Below, in pieces: positions 50,936-60,270 of a stretch of 64,000 nucleotides of DNA. How positions within the stretch are numbered: position 1 is the stretch's first letter; the number at the start of each line of letters is the position of its first letter. The DNA comes from a virus: the IMG/VR virus record IMGVR_UViG_3300035698_004821, positions 29,085 through 93,084 of that record; one strand, 5' to 3'. The translations under genes were made by a program, and so were the position numbers. Under the pieces are notes generated by a model, which saw nothing but the letters and a program-made list of their open reading frames with translations, ran no database searches and was not told the origin of the DNA.

Positions 50936-53913
50936 TGGCTATTTATAACAGACAGTACCAGAAGCTATTGGCTGGTGAGTTATTAAGGTACCTCATGCTG
51001 GGTAAGACGCCCAGTCTTAGTGAGCTGTCTGCTCGGTTATCTGATACCCTGAGCAGTAAGAGTAAGGTAACCTACAAGTACGTTCCTCAACAGTACAGGT
51101 CTGTTTTCAATAATGAAGTCTACAACAAGTCTCTCCGCCGGATCAAGTTTGACATCGATACCTTTCATGAAGAGCTCATCCAGATGTTTGCTGATGCCAG
51201 CACGAGACTTAACTTCGCCGACCTCTACCACAAGGTCAACAGCTATGAGCTGAAGAAGCTACAAGCTGAGCTAGAACTACTGCTATTCACCACGGGCAAC
51301 GCAGACTTCTACTTCGATGGTGCTTTCGAAACATTCTCCGACACCTCTAATATGGATTCGACTGTCTCCACTAGAGACGTCGTTGACCTGGCAGAACAAT
51401 GCCTTGCCCTTCCCTACGGTGGTAACAACACCCAGCGTATTGACGTGGGCTCACTGATAGATACCCCTACTGTATCTATAAATATCTCAGAGCCTAAGAA
51501 CTCTGAGGTTATATCTAAGTCTCAGATACCAGGCACCCAGTTCGGTAACATCTTTAATGATACCCTATCTGTCTGGGGCTTCGAGATAATTACAGAGAAC
51601 AACGGACCTCTAGACGCTACGTTCACCTTCCCCCTTAATCCTGATGGAGAGGTGGAGTCAGAGTTCTTCGTTAGTAGACTGGAAGTAGTCCCACACAGTG
51701 ATGGGAAACAGAACATCAAAATATCAACGTCGAATGACAACGTTAACTTCAGTACCCTGTTAGGGTATGAACAGGGCTCTCTAATAGAGGACCAGAAGGT
51801 AACCTACGCGTTCGACTTTGAGACGACCCTTGTACAGTACGTTAGAGTCACCCTCAGCAAGACTGAGGCTGATGAAGAAATACTAGAAGGCAACGTCAAG
51901 AAGTATAGATATCTTATTGGGCTTAAAAAGTTTGCTGCTCTCCAAACGGGCAGGTCAAGACAGGCAACCTATATTAGCAACCCCATCAAATTTACGTCGG
52001 GTAAAACCATAGGAAAACTATCTATAAGATCAACCCAGGCAATACCTGCTGGCTGTAGCATTAACTATGCTGTCGCTGGCGTTATAAACGGCACTCAAGG
52101 ATCATTCATCCCTATCGTACCCGTTGGCTCTCAGTCAACCATTGGGTCCAATAAGATAGTAACATTCAACGCCACGAACAAGCAGACGACTAAGTTCACA
52201 ACAACTACAGAGGGGCCTGACGCACCTATCGTATATGGCACGGCCTTCCAAGGCAAGGAGTTCTTTAGAATAGGGCCTGCTCTGGAGACCCCTCCCATCT
52301 ATGGTGCTAGTCTAATGTACCGTGGATTCAAAGCCTGGTCCCGAGACAGCTCGGGATCTTTTGAGATCCTTAATGTCACGGACAACTATGTCAGCTTCGA
52401 ACAAGCAGACCTAGAAGCCATGTACGCATTGGAGACTGAGTTCCCTAATATAACCAACTTACCTTTAGGGCAAGATGGTGTTAAGAAGGTTAGGCTTCAG
52501 GTAACTAAGCCACCCTATTATGACACGAGTAGAGGACACAGTCTTAAGCCTCAGCCTGGAACACAGAACAGCCTTCTAGACACTAGACCTAACTACGCTG
52601 TCTACAGGATAACACACAAAGCAGATCTATCTAGGACTAGTACTAATTTCACATTAGATAGTGCACGGACACAATACCTACCCATATCTAACTTCGTACT
52701 AGAGAGTGGCTCAGCGCTTGAGCTACCCAGTATCGCTGGAGGCGCCGGAGCTATATACCAAGAGGGCATAGACTATACCTACGAGGTTATAGACATCGGT
52801 GGGCGTAACCGCCCTACCGGTAGGATTATTATACCCAATGGCAGTGCCTTCCTGGACTCTAGTGGTAACGTTATTCAGCTGCAGTTGGTGTTCTCCTACA
52901 TCATAGATCCTGACATCACCCATAAGGTGGTGAGGATCCTAGGCAATAACATCACACTAGATCATTCGAGTAACACACAGTATGATTCTATAGAGATAAC
53001 ATACAGGTACATACCTGTGTCACCTAGTCAAATCATCAAAGCTTCCATCCGCGTTAGTGACCTACCAACTAGCAGTAGCACACGCACCTTCTATGTAGAG
53101 GGAAGAGACTATGTGGTGGATGCTGATACTGGAGCCATACAACGTATACCCACTGGAACTATACCTACGACTGGATCAGTTTACGTACAGTTCTCATACA
53201 GAGGTTCGTCTGATACCTTAGAGACATTTACTACATGGGCTAACGTCTCCGCCGGCGCCGGTGCGCAGATTAAGTTTGATGTAGATCCATCTACTAAGAA
53301 GAATAGACTGGTAGTCGACTCCGAAGTAGGTGAGTCCTTCTTCGTTAATTCTAAAGAAGGCCTTATCAACCTTACCAATGCAACTAGTAGTCCTGTCCTG
53401 CCCTTCGGGTGGGTGCAGTTCATAGTCAGGTCTAAGAACCCTTCCTCGAACCAAGCCTTTAGAACTAATCTGATAGACCAAGTCATTCAGCTTAAGGATG
53501 TTAACAAGAAGAAGATATTTAAAGAGTATAACTATTACTTCAACGAGATCACTGCCTACCGCCAGCCTCTCCTTGAGAAGACACTAAACCACCTGAAGGT
53601 TAACACCCTTCTAACAGATCATGGTAACTTCGCTATAGATAGTACCACTGATCCTTTCAGCAGCTACATAGTGCTAAACTTTAAACCCAATGAAACAGAA
53701 GAACTATACCTCAAGGTCCCGACGGCAGATGCCGATGAGACAAGCCCTCCTGAAACAACTGATGAAGACTTTATGTTCACATGGAGTGAAAGAACTGAAG
53801 AGGATCTTGTCCCAACGGAAGTAGTAGTACGAATAGAACTGAACAGGAATCAGAATGTTGACGGTGCCATGACACCTAAATGTTTTGACTTTCAATTAAG
53901 GGTTGGTACATGA
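50935..53913 (+). CDS. Structural protein, paralog family member
   Basis: NEVYNKSLRRIKFDI, NIFNDTLSVW, YRYLIGLKKF and terminal TPKCFDFQL; two YxEGxDY beta domains. Confidence 0.65.
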   Translation: MAIYNRQYQKLLAGELLRYLMLGKTPSLSELSARLSDTLSSKSKVTYKYVPQQYRSVFNNEVYNKSLRRIKFDIDTFHEELIQMFADASTRLNFADLYHKVNSYELKKLQAELELLLFTTGNADFYFDGAFETFSDTSNMDSTVSTRDVVDLAEQCLALPYGGNNTQRIDVGSLIDTPTVSINISEPKNSEVISKSQIPGTQFGNIFNDTLSVWGFEIITENNGPLDATFTFPLNPDGEVESEFFVSRLEVVPHSDGKQNIKISTSNDNVNFSTLLGYEQGSLIEDQKVTYAFDFETTLVQYVRVTLSKTEADEEILEGNVKKYRYLIGLKKFAALQTGRSRQATYISNPIKFTSGKTIGKLSIRSTQAIPAGCSINYAVAGVINGTQGSFIPIVPVGSQSTIGSNKIVTFNATNKQTTKFTTTTEGPDAPIVYGTAFQGKEFFRIGPALETPPIYGASLMYRGFKAWSRDSSGSFEILNVTDNYVSFEQADLEAMYALETEFPNITNLPLGQDGVKKVRLQVTKPPYYDTSRGHSLKPQPGTQNSLLDTRPNYAVYRITHKADLSRTSTNFTLDSARTQYLPISNFVLESGSALELPSIAGGAGAIYQEGIDYTYEVIDIGGRNRPTGRIIIPNGSAFLDSSGNVIQLQLVFSYIIDPDITHKVVRILGNNITLDHSSNTQYDSIEITYRYIPVSPSQIIKASIRVSDLPTSSSTRTFYVEGRDYVVDADTGAIQRIPTGTIPTTGSVYVQFSYRGSSDTLETFTTWANVSAGAGAQIKFDVDPSTKKNRLVVDSEVGESFFVNSKEGLINLTNATSSPVLPFGWVQFIVRSKNPSSNQAFRTNLIDQVIQLKDVNKKKIFKEYNYYFNEITAYRQPLLEKTLNHLKVNTLLTDHGNFAIDSTTDPFSSYIVLNFKPNETEELYLKVPTADADETSPPETTDEDFMFTWSERTEEDLVPTEVVVRIELNRNQNVDGAMTPKCFDFQLRVGT

Positions 53914-54152
53914 CAGATGAAGAGTTAGATTTCGAAGAAGTCTTATTGGCTTATTTACGCTCAAGTAAAAAAATCAAGCTTGCAAAACTAGATGTAGAAG
54001 AAGCAGGCGTCAAAACACAATACATAGTCAGGTTCGAGGTTAACAATAGCTTTCCTGGCAACCTCACTAGCCAGATATACAATCCGTTTTCTGACCTAGT
54101 GGAACAACTACAGCATAATGAACAAAGAATTATTGAAAAGCAAGAAGTTTAG
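53910..54152 (+). CDS. Small hypothetical protein
   Basis: 80 aa, ATGA-coupled to the upstream gene. Confidence 0.55.
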   Translation: MTDEELDFEEVLLAYLRSSKKIKLAKLDVEEAGVKTQYIVRFEVNNSFPGNLTSQIYNPFSDLVEQLQHNEQRIIEKQEV

Positions 54153-54411
54153 GGCCGCCATTCTGTCGGCAGTCTCGTCCATACTGACCTTTGGGGCAGC
54201 TAAATGGGGCTGGGATCTACAGCCACAAGAGACGATGATACTGATAGGTATCATTACTACTCCCTTTCTAATGTACATCGGGGCCGAAGGCCTGTCAGAG
54301 GTGTCCGCTAAAAAGGTAGTAGAAGAGAACAAGGTGAGAGAAGACATCACAAACAAGGTACTTGCCGAGGTCGCAAAACAAATTGAGGATAAACAAAATG
54401 AAACACAATAG
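54118..54411 (+). CDS. Putative holin (2 TM helices, charged C-terminal tail)
   Basis: LKSKKFRAAIL... and YIGAEGLSE match the S(R/K)KF...YI.(A/G)EG..(D/E) pattern of small phage holin-like proteins. Confidence 0.65.
   Translation: MNKELLKSKKFRAAILSAVSSILTFGAAKWGWDLQPQETMILIGIITTPFLMYIGAEGLSEVSAKKVVEENKVREDITNKVLAEVAKQIEDKQNETQ
54385..54389 (+). promoter_or_regulatory. Shine-Dalgarno-like GAGGA before ATG 54398
   Basis: GAGGA, an 8-nt A-rich spacer, then ATG. Confidence 0.4.
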
Positions 54412-54655
54412 TAAACTTAAGATGGCCGCTGTGGTCATCCTAGCAGCCCTTTTCTCCGGCTGCGCCTGCGATACCAACTTCAGACTGTATGTGAAGGCCC
54501 ATCGCCTGGCCTATAACGTGACTACGATCCACTACTCTGCACTAGTAGCAGACTCTGCGCTCAGTGTGGAGGCTAAAGCCACTCACCTACGCAGGGTTAA
54601 AGCTGAAGAAGGCATGATTACTAAAGCTGAGAAGCTCTTAGGTATTACCAAATGA
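54398..54655 (+). CDS. Putative lipoprotein (85 aa), possible outer-membrane lysis/spanin-like component
   Basis: MKHNSKLK-MAAVVILAALFSG-C: basic n-region, hydrophobic h-region and lipobox-like FSGC. ATG 54398 is preferred over the track start at 54362. Confidence 0.65.
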   Translation: MKHNSKLKMAAVVILAALFSGCACDTNFRLYVKAHRLAYNVTTIHYSALVADSALSVEAKATHLRRVKAEEGMITKAEKLLGITK

Positions 54656-54942
54656 CAATAGAAGAAATTGTCAAGGCAGAAACTGCAACCCTAATCGCTA
54701 GTCTGGAGGGTCAGATTAATGACCCAGCACAGAAGGCGGCTATTGCTCAGATGACTGCCGACCTCGCTATGATCCCTATCCAAATGGCTAGGGGAGAGGA
54801 CACTGCACTAGTGTTTGCTTCGCTTCAAGCGGAAGCAGCCATGCGTGGAGTAACAGCTAGCCTTATGATGCAAGAAGCTGTACAGAAAGCCTGGATGAAT
54901 ATCATCCTCAAGGTCATTACAGTAGCTTTAACAGTAGCGTAA
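54652..54942 (+). CDS. Small all-helical protein with hydrophobic C-terminus
   Basis: Ala/Met-rich 96 aa ending AWMNIILKVITVALTVA; ATGA-coupled to the lipoprotein gene. Confidence 0.6.
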   Translation: MTIEEIVKAETATLIASLEGQINDPAQKAAIAQMTADLAMIPIQMARGEDTALVFASLQAEAAMRGVTASLMMQEAVQKAWMNIILKVITVALTVA

Positions 54943-54951
54943 CATAGTATT

Positions 54952-56265
54952 ATGGAAGACAAGAGAATTATCAACACCAATTCAGTTAGACGACCGGCTA
55001 GATTCCGGGGCGCTCTAACTAGTTCTGACTACAATGATAGTCAAGAAGAGATTATCACTGACATTCAGGAGTTGAGCAATGTTGTTAATTCCCTAAATGC
55101 TAGACTTACTCGATCATCATTGATTCTCAACAATGAGAATGCACATCTTAGACGCCAGGTGAATGCCCTTAGGGAGCAACAAAAATTCCAAGAGAAGACA
55201 TCAGTAGCATTTAATACTGTCACTCACCGGTTCGTAGACTTATCTAACACAGAAGGGATCTCATTCCCCAATGGATTAGATGATACTAGATCAGCCATGT
55301 TGGCTGCTGAATACGGAGAGGTAACCCTCCCCGCCAATAGTATTGAGAACAAGTTCTATACCACTAGCTTAGCCAGCAACAAACTGGTTACCCCTCCTCT
55401 GAACATCGTAGCATCTGGTACCTTTGATAAGGGTTCCGGCGATGGGTTAGTCAACTATGAGAAGGGCGGTAAAGTCTACGCTGGCAAAACGGAGCACGCC
55501 TTCAATGGCGTCAATGATCTGTACTGGGTAAGGAAGGTAGAGTTTCCCTTAGACTCAAGAGTGGACGAAGTAGAGTGCGAGCTAACTGTGATTGTACCAG
55601 AAGGCAGCAGTTCCAACAGTAACTTGATGGACATTATACCCTACCCCAACGGCGCACTCGATGTTACCGAACTAGCTACAGCCTCTGATCTAGGTAATAA
55701 CTTTATCAGAGTGGATGGCTTTGAGCCCAAGGACAACCTTGTCGCTCGCCGGTACCACTTCTCATCTACCATCGTTGACCAAGTCAAGATAAGGCTACGT
55801 CAAAGAAACTGGGTAGAAGAGAACGGCAAAAAGGTTTTCTATTATGGGCTTCAAGAACTAGGACTTAAGCTCGTGGACTACGACAAGCAGTTCACGGCTG
55901 GTGCCAGCTTTGGAGGGAACAACTCATTCATCATTGCTATCCCAGCAGTGGAAGGAACATCCTTCAAGAGTCTGTACGCTATCACTGGTAAGCCAAACTT
56001 CCTAGCGGAAGACTTCAGCCAAAGGCACATACATGTCAGACTATGCTCCTCGCTAGATTACAACAACAACGTTTTATGGGACAGCGATACTAATCTGCCC
56101 CCTCAGCAAACTACTCAGACCATTAGTGTAAACAATTCTATCATGTACGCCTTTGTGCAGATGAATTATGTCAAGACGTCCGGAGGCGTGTCTAGTCCCT
56201 TCCCTGTTGGGACTACACCGTACCTTCACGGCCTAGGCTTAAGCTACACTCTCGGTGGTTTATAA
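54952..56265 (+). CDS. Structural protein, compact paralog family member
   Basis: RFRGALTSSDYNDSQEEIITDI, HAFNGVNDLYW, FYYGLQELGL and terminal TPYLHGLGL. Confidence 0.65.
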   Translation: MEDKRIINTNSVRRPARFRGALTSSDYNDSQEEIITDIQELSNVVNSLNARLTRSSLILNNENAHLRRQVNALREQQKFQEKTSVAFNTVTHRFVDLSNTEGISFPNGLDDTRSAMLAAEYGEVTLPANSIENKFYTTSLASNKLVTPPLNIVASGTFDKGSGDGLVNYEKGGKVYAGKTEHAFNGVNDLYWVRKVEFPLDSRVDEVECELTVIVPEGSSSNSNLMDIIPYPNGALDVTELATASDLGNNFIRVDGFEPKDNLVARRYHFSSTIVDQVKIRLRQRNWVEENGKKVFYYGLQELGLKLVDYDKQFTAGASFGGNNSFIIAIPAVEGTSFKSLYAITGKPNFLAEDFSQRHIHVRLCSSLDYNNNVLWDSDTNLPPQQTTQTISVNNSIMYAFVQMNYVKTSGGVSSPFPVGTTPYLHGLGLSYTLGGL

Positions 56266-56267
56266 AA

Positions 56268-56762
56268 ATGGACATAACTGGACGAATCGAAAGTCTAGAA
56301 AGTCAGTTAGCATTCATATCACAAGAGCTAATTAGAAAACCTTCTCTGGAAGTTTTCTCCCAGTACAGTTCAGTCTGGAATCAACAATTCTGTGGTATAG
56401 ATGATAAGGTTAATGCGACGGAAGCAGCACTTAACGAGCTGCAAATTCTCTACGCTAACCTAACCCTTGATATCGATGGTGCTATACTTGATGCGAACCA
56501 AGATGTATTGTTTGAGACATTCGAAACAATAAATCAGAACTTGAAAGAATATCCCTACTCGCTTTCCTACTCAACAGGCTCAGATTTAACCGGAATACGG
56601 TACACTCTAAGCGAGACAGGATACATCCAAAAAAGTCTGGACTACGATCTCTCCGGACTTCTAACTAAAGTCAGCATAGCTGGCAATTCATTACTCTCTG
56701 TCACCCTCTCTAAGAACTTCCTGTACACTGGAGAGGACATGACAGGAGTATATTATTCATAA
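56268..56762 (+). CDS. Small coiled-coil structural protein (paralog of 62156..62443)
   Basis: ITGRIESLESQLAFISQELIRK..WNQQ..LQILYANL; C-terminal beta repeats. Confidence 0.65.
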   Translation: MDITGRIESLESQLAFISQELIRKPSLEVFSQYSSVWNQQFCGIDDKVNATEAALNELQILYANLTLDIDGAILDANQDVLFETFETINQNLKEYPYSLSYSTGSDLTGIRYTLSETGYIQKSLDYDLSGLLTKVSIAGNSLLSVTLSKNFLYTGEDMTGVYYS

Positions 56763-56763
56763 T

Positions 56764-57969
56764 ATGGCCTACAGAGACGAGATCACGGGTATAAATGCGG
56801 ATCATTTATGGCGTTTTGATGGAGACGCCAATGATACCATTGGCTTTACTACTGGTACCGCCTCATCCATAACCTACACTACTCCTGCTTTGTGTGAAGA
56901 CTCTACTAATGCAGCCCAATCTAATGATGTTGGAGATAGAATAGCTTTTCCAGATGCTTCGGATATTAATAGTTCTCTCTCAAACAAGGCCGTAGGTGGA
57001 TGGTTGAGACTCACTGAGATACAACTTCCTCCCAAGTCTATATACAGAGAAGGAACAACCACACAGCAGTTCAACTTTGTTGTTTGGTCTGGTAATATAC
57101 TTATGCTAGAAATCGTAGATAGTAGTTCTGTTTACCAGGCCTTCTCAAATGTGGCACTACAGCCAGATAGGACTTACCATATATTTGGTAGGGTAACAGG
57201 TGATGGTGACTTTGCCCTTTATATAGATGGTGTTAAGCAAGCTATTACTCAACCAACCGATGGTTTGTTTGGGTCAAGCACTTTTGATTCGGGTACCCCT
57301 ATAGAATTTGGAGACCCTTCGGGTAGTACAGAAGTGGGTAATGCACCAGTGTTGCTTAACTGTCCAGTTAATGGTTATTGGGCATTCTGGTGTACATTCA
57401 GTAATTCAGATGTGCCTAATGACACCACAATTAGAGAAAAACTGTTTGAAAAAGGGGCCCTACCTGAGTCTACGGTCACTAATCAGACTCAGCTTGATGC
57501 ATTGGCAGACACGGTTAGAGGAAACACCCCTTTAGCTATCCGAGTGGATGTCGCTGGTGACTTATCTCTATCCGCAGATAACGTAACTTTTGATCCGTTA
57601 TGCTCAATACATGTGCAATACGCAGGAACTGGCACTCTTACCTGGACTAATACTAATGGATCTGATGCTAGTATAGGCTCTACAACAGACGATGGTACTA
57701 TCACTTTTGTAAATCCCGCAACGCTTACTACAGAGCCATTAATTACTGGCTCAGAAGTGAGATATTTCATTGCCGGAACTACAGGAGAAATCAACGGAGT
57801 AGAGAGTTCCAGCACGTCCTTCTCATCATCAGTGGATGTTAGTTCTGTTGATGTTGTTATACATGCAGTGGATTATGTTTACATTAGGGTAAAGAATATT
57901 GACATGACTCAAGGTAATGTGACTTTACCTGTGTCCCAGAGAATAGACCGTAACTACAATAATCCATAA
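56764..57969 (+). CDS. LamG-domain structural protein with C-terminal RNYxNP domain
   Basis: HLWRFDG, VGGWLR, LQPDRTYHI..LYIDGV; ends DRNYNNP. Confidence 0.75.
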   Translation: MAYRDEITGINADHLWRFDGDANDTIGFTTGTASSITYTTPALCEDSTNAAQSNDVGDRIAFPDASDINSSLSNKAVGGWLRLTEIQLPPKSIYREGTTTQQFNFVVWSGNILMLEIVDSSSVYQAFSNVALQPDRTYHIFGRVTGDGDFALYIDGVKQAITQPTDGLFGSSTFDSGTPIEFGDPSGSTEVGNAPVLLNCPVNGYWAFWCTFSNSDVPNDTTIREKLFEKGALPESTVTNQTQLDALADTVRGNTPLAIRVDVAGDLSLSADNVTFDPLCSIHVQYAGTGTLTWTNTNGSDASIGSTTDDGTITFVNPATLTTEPLITGSEVRYFIAGTTGEINGVESSSTSFSSSVDVSSVDVVIHAVDYVYIRVKNIDMTQGNVTLPVSQRIDRNYNNP

Positions 57970-60185
57970 TGGCTATTACCTTTATAGATAGTAACACCCA
58001 AGATTCGGCGGCCGGCTTATCTCTTACGTTTGCCATTCCAGGTGGGGCTACCACCGATGATCTTATACTCGTCTTTGTTAAGCAATGCGAAAACACTACA
58101 CAACGTATTTGGGATGATGATGGTGGCGGCGGAAGAGGGTATACTAGACTAGACTACAATAGAACTACAGCCGATCGAGATCAAGAGACAGCTATCTATT
58201 ACAAAATACACTCTGGTACTGAAACAAACCCTACATTTACCTGGGCTTCTGGTATTACTGCAGAGCCTATGTCAGGCTCTATGCTGATATATCGAGGCAC
58301 GTATACGATTACACCTATATCTGCTTTTGCTTACGCAAATAATACGAATGACGCTAACCCACCTAATCCTTCTGTTTCGGTAGGGTTTACTAGCTCGGCT
58401 ATGGTAGTGTTTCACGCGGCTACTCATGATGATATTTCAGCAGTGGCCGCTCCTACTGGATATGCACTTAGAACGCAAGTGTGGAACGGCATCGACGACG
58501 ACCATAGAAACCATTTTACGGCTGATTTACTATCAGGTCTTTCAATAGGTGTAAACACACCTCCAGATTGGCAACACACTGTCTTAAATAATACCCCTGA
58601 GTATCATACATATTCAATAGTACTTCAAATACCCATACTTATTAGCATAGAAGTTTTCCCTGAGGGGTTTAACTATGGTGATTCTGTGGTTATCGAAGGT
58701 TTCGGCTTTGAAGCCACAAAAGGCACAGGAAAAGTAGAGCTTTGGTCGGATATCTCTGGAACAATTAAAACAACACAGACCACAACTGCTTGGGCTGATG
58801 ATGAGATTACTTTTACAGCTACACAAGGTAGTCTGAATAACAATGCTTTAATTTACATAGTCGTCACCAATGATAACGGAGACCCTAGTGGTCCAGTTAT
58901 TAGTTCGGCAGGTCTATTAGATTATAGTAGCATTATATTGGCTAATAACCCTGATCACTGGTGGGTTCTTGAGGAGGATTATGACGACACAGGGGGTTGG
59001 GCGACCACAAGTAATCTCACGTCCATTCAAGAAGGCGACGGGGGCGCCTTCGTTTCAGAATCTATGTCAGAGGGCACTACAGGGTGTTGGCAAGCTACTA
59101 ATGATAGAAGAGCATGTGCTAACACAACTGCAATGAATGCGTCTACCACTACTGATAGGTTGATGGGCGGATGGATACGCCTAGGAGAAATCTTTCAAGG
59201 ATTAACATGTATTTATGAAGAAGGCGGCAGTGTCAACAACATAGCGTTCTTTGTGGGTATGGGCAACAGACTTGTTGCTCAACTCGCGGATACCAATGAC
59301 GATAATGTGCAAGCCTTTTCTAATATGTCTTTAGAGCCTAACAGAACATACCATATTCTTTTTAGGTTTTCATATACAGAAAGTAATAAACAGTTTCAGC
59401 TTTACGTAGATGGGGTGTTACAGGAAGTAACCAGTGGTAATCCCCTAACCTCGTCGGATCTTGACGCCCATAATGCAAACATTAGTTTCGGAGGTCCAGG
59501 TGATAACTTAGAGGTGGCCGGCACTGATGTGTTATTTCTAACTGCAACCGATGCTAAATACAGCAACTGGGTAACTTGGAGTAGAGCCGTACTTCAACCG
59601 GATATAATTAAGCTTTTTAAGAGAGGAGCTGTACCTGATGTTACAATAACAACGGATATCCAAGCTAATATGCAGACAGGTATAGACGCCTTAGCGTCTA
59701 CTTCTCTATCTAACACCCCTTTATCTATCCGAGTTGAAAACTATACCGGAGCTGGGGATCTCAGTTTAGAAGCAGATGGGGTCATCTTTGATCCTCTCAC
59801 ATCAATCTATTTAGAGTGGAGAGGAGCAGGTATTCTTAACTGGACTAACTTGAATGGGTCTAATTTAATAGCTGATAAAGTGTATACACCCTTAAGCGGG
59901 ACAGTTAATATTATCAATCCTGCATCACTTACTTTACTGGGTGTAGTCTCAGGATCAGAAGTTAGGATGTATACAGAAGGAGCCACTGGTGAATTGTTTG
60001 GAATAGAGAGCACTAATGGTGAAGACAATCCCACCTATCAGTATCAAGAAACAGGTAATATTGATATTGTTATACACAACATTTATTACCAGTACTTTAG
60101 GATAGATGGGTACGCTATTACGGGAGGTGACGTAATCCTACCTGTATCTCAGATTTTTGATAGAAATTACACTAACCCTACATAG
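57969..60185 (+). CDS. Multi-domain structural protein: N-domain, IPT/TIG-like, LamG, RNYxNP domain
   Basis: IPGGATTDDLILV; VVIEGFGF..WADDEITFT; MGGWIR, LEPNRTYHI..LYVDGV; ends DRNYTNPT. Confidence 0.75.
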   Translation: MAITFIDSNTQDSAAGLSLTFAIPGGATTDDLILVFVKQCENTTQRIWDDDGGGGRGYTRLDYNRTTADRDQETAIYYKIHSGTETNPTFTWASGITAEPMSGSMLIYRGTYTITPISAFAYANNTNDANPPNPSVSVGFTSSAMVVFHAATHDDISAVAAPTGYALRTQVWNGIDDDHRNHFTADLLSGLSIGVNTPPDWQHTVLNNTPEYHTYSIVLQIPILISIEVFPEGFNYGDSVVIEGFGFEATKGTGKVELWSDISGTIKTTQTTTAWADDEITFTATQGSLNNNALIYIVVTNDNGDPSGPVISSAGLLDYSSIILANNPDHWWVLEEDYDDTGGWATTSNLTSIQEGDGGAFVSESMSEGTTGCWQATNDRRACANTTAMNASTTTDRLMGGWIRLGEIFQGLTCIYEEGGSVNNIAFFVGMGNRLVAQLADTNDDNVQAFSNMSLEPNRTYHILFRFSYTESNKQFQLYVDGVLQEVTSGNPLTSSDLDAHNANISFGGPGDNLEVAGTDVLFLTATDAKYSNWVTWSRAVLQPDIIKLFKRGAVPDVTITTDIQANMQTGIDALASTSLSNTPLSIRVENYTGAGDLSLEADGVIFDPLTSIYLEWRGAGILNWTNLNGSNLIADKVYTPLSGTVNIINPASLTLLGVVSGSEVRMYTEGATGELFGIESTNGEDNPTYQYQETGNIDIVIHNIYYQYFRIDGYAITGGDVILPVSQIFDRNYTNPT

Positions 60186-60270
60186 TGAATAATAGTATAT
60201 CTGGTACGCAAAATAAGTATAAACGCTGCGGCGTCAGAAATTAAAACAGATAAAGGTATAAAGAAAGAAC
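60186..60270 (+). promoter_or_regulatory. Only sizeable intergenic gap; AT-rich candidate promoter region
   Basis: 85 nt; GTATAAA at 60217 and 60256 and AGTATA at 60194; small ACGC-tgcg-GCGT hairpin. Confidence 0.35.

Noticed and set aside
54362-54397. Track start of the lipoprotein ORF at 54362
   Set aside because: ATG 54398 has an SD-like motif and yields a proper signal peptide.
56764-60185. DGR template/variable repeats or invertible shufflon
   Set aside because: The paralogy is evident at protein level with indels rather than as near-identical DNA differing at adenines; no reverse transcriptase, recombinase or inverted repeats seen.
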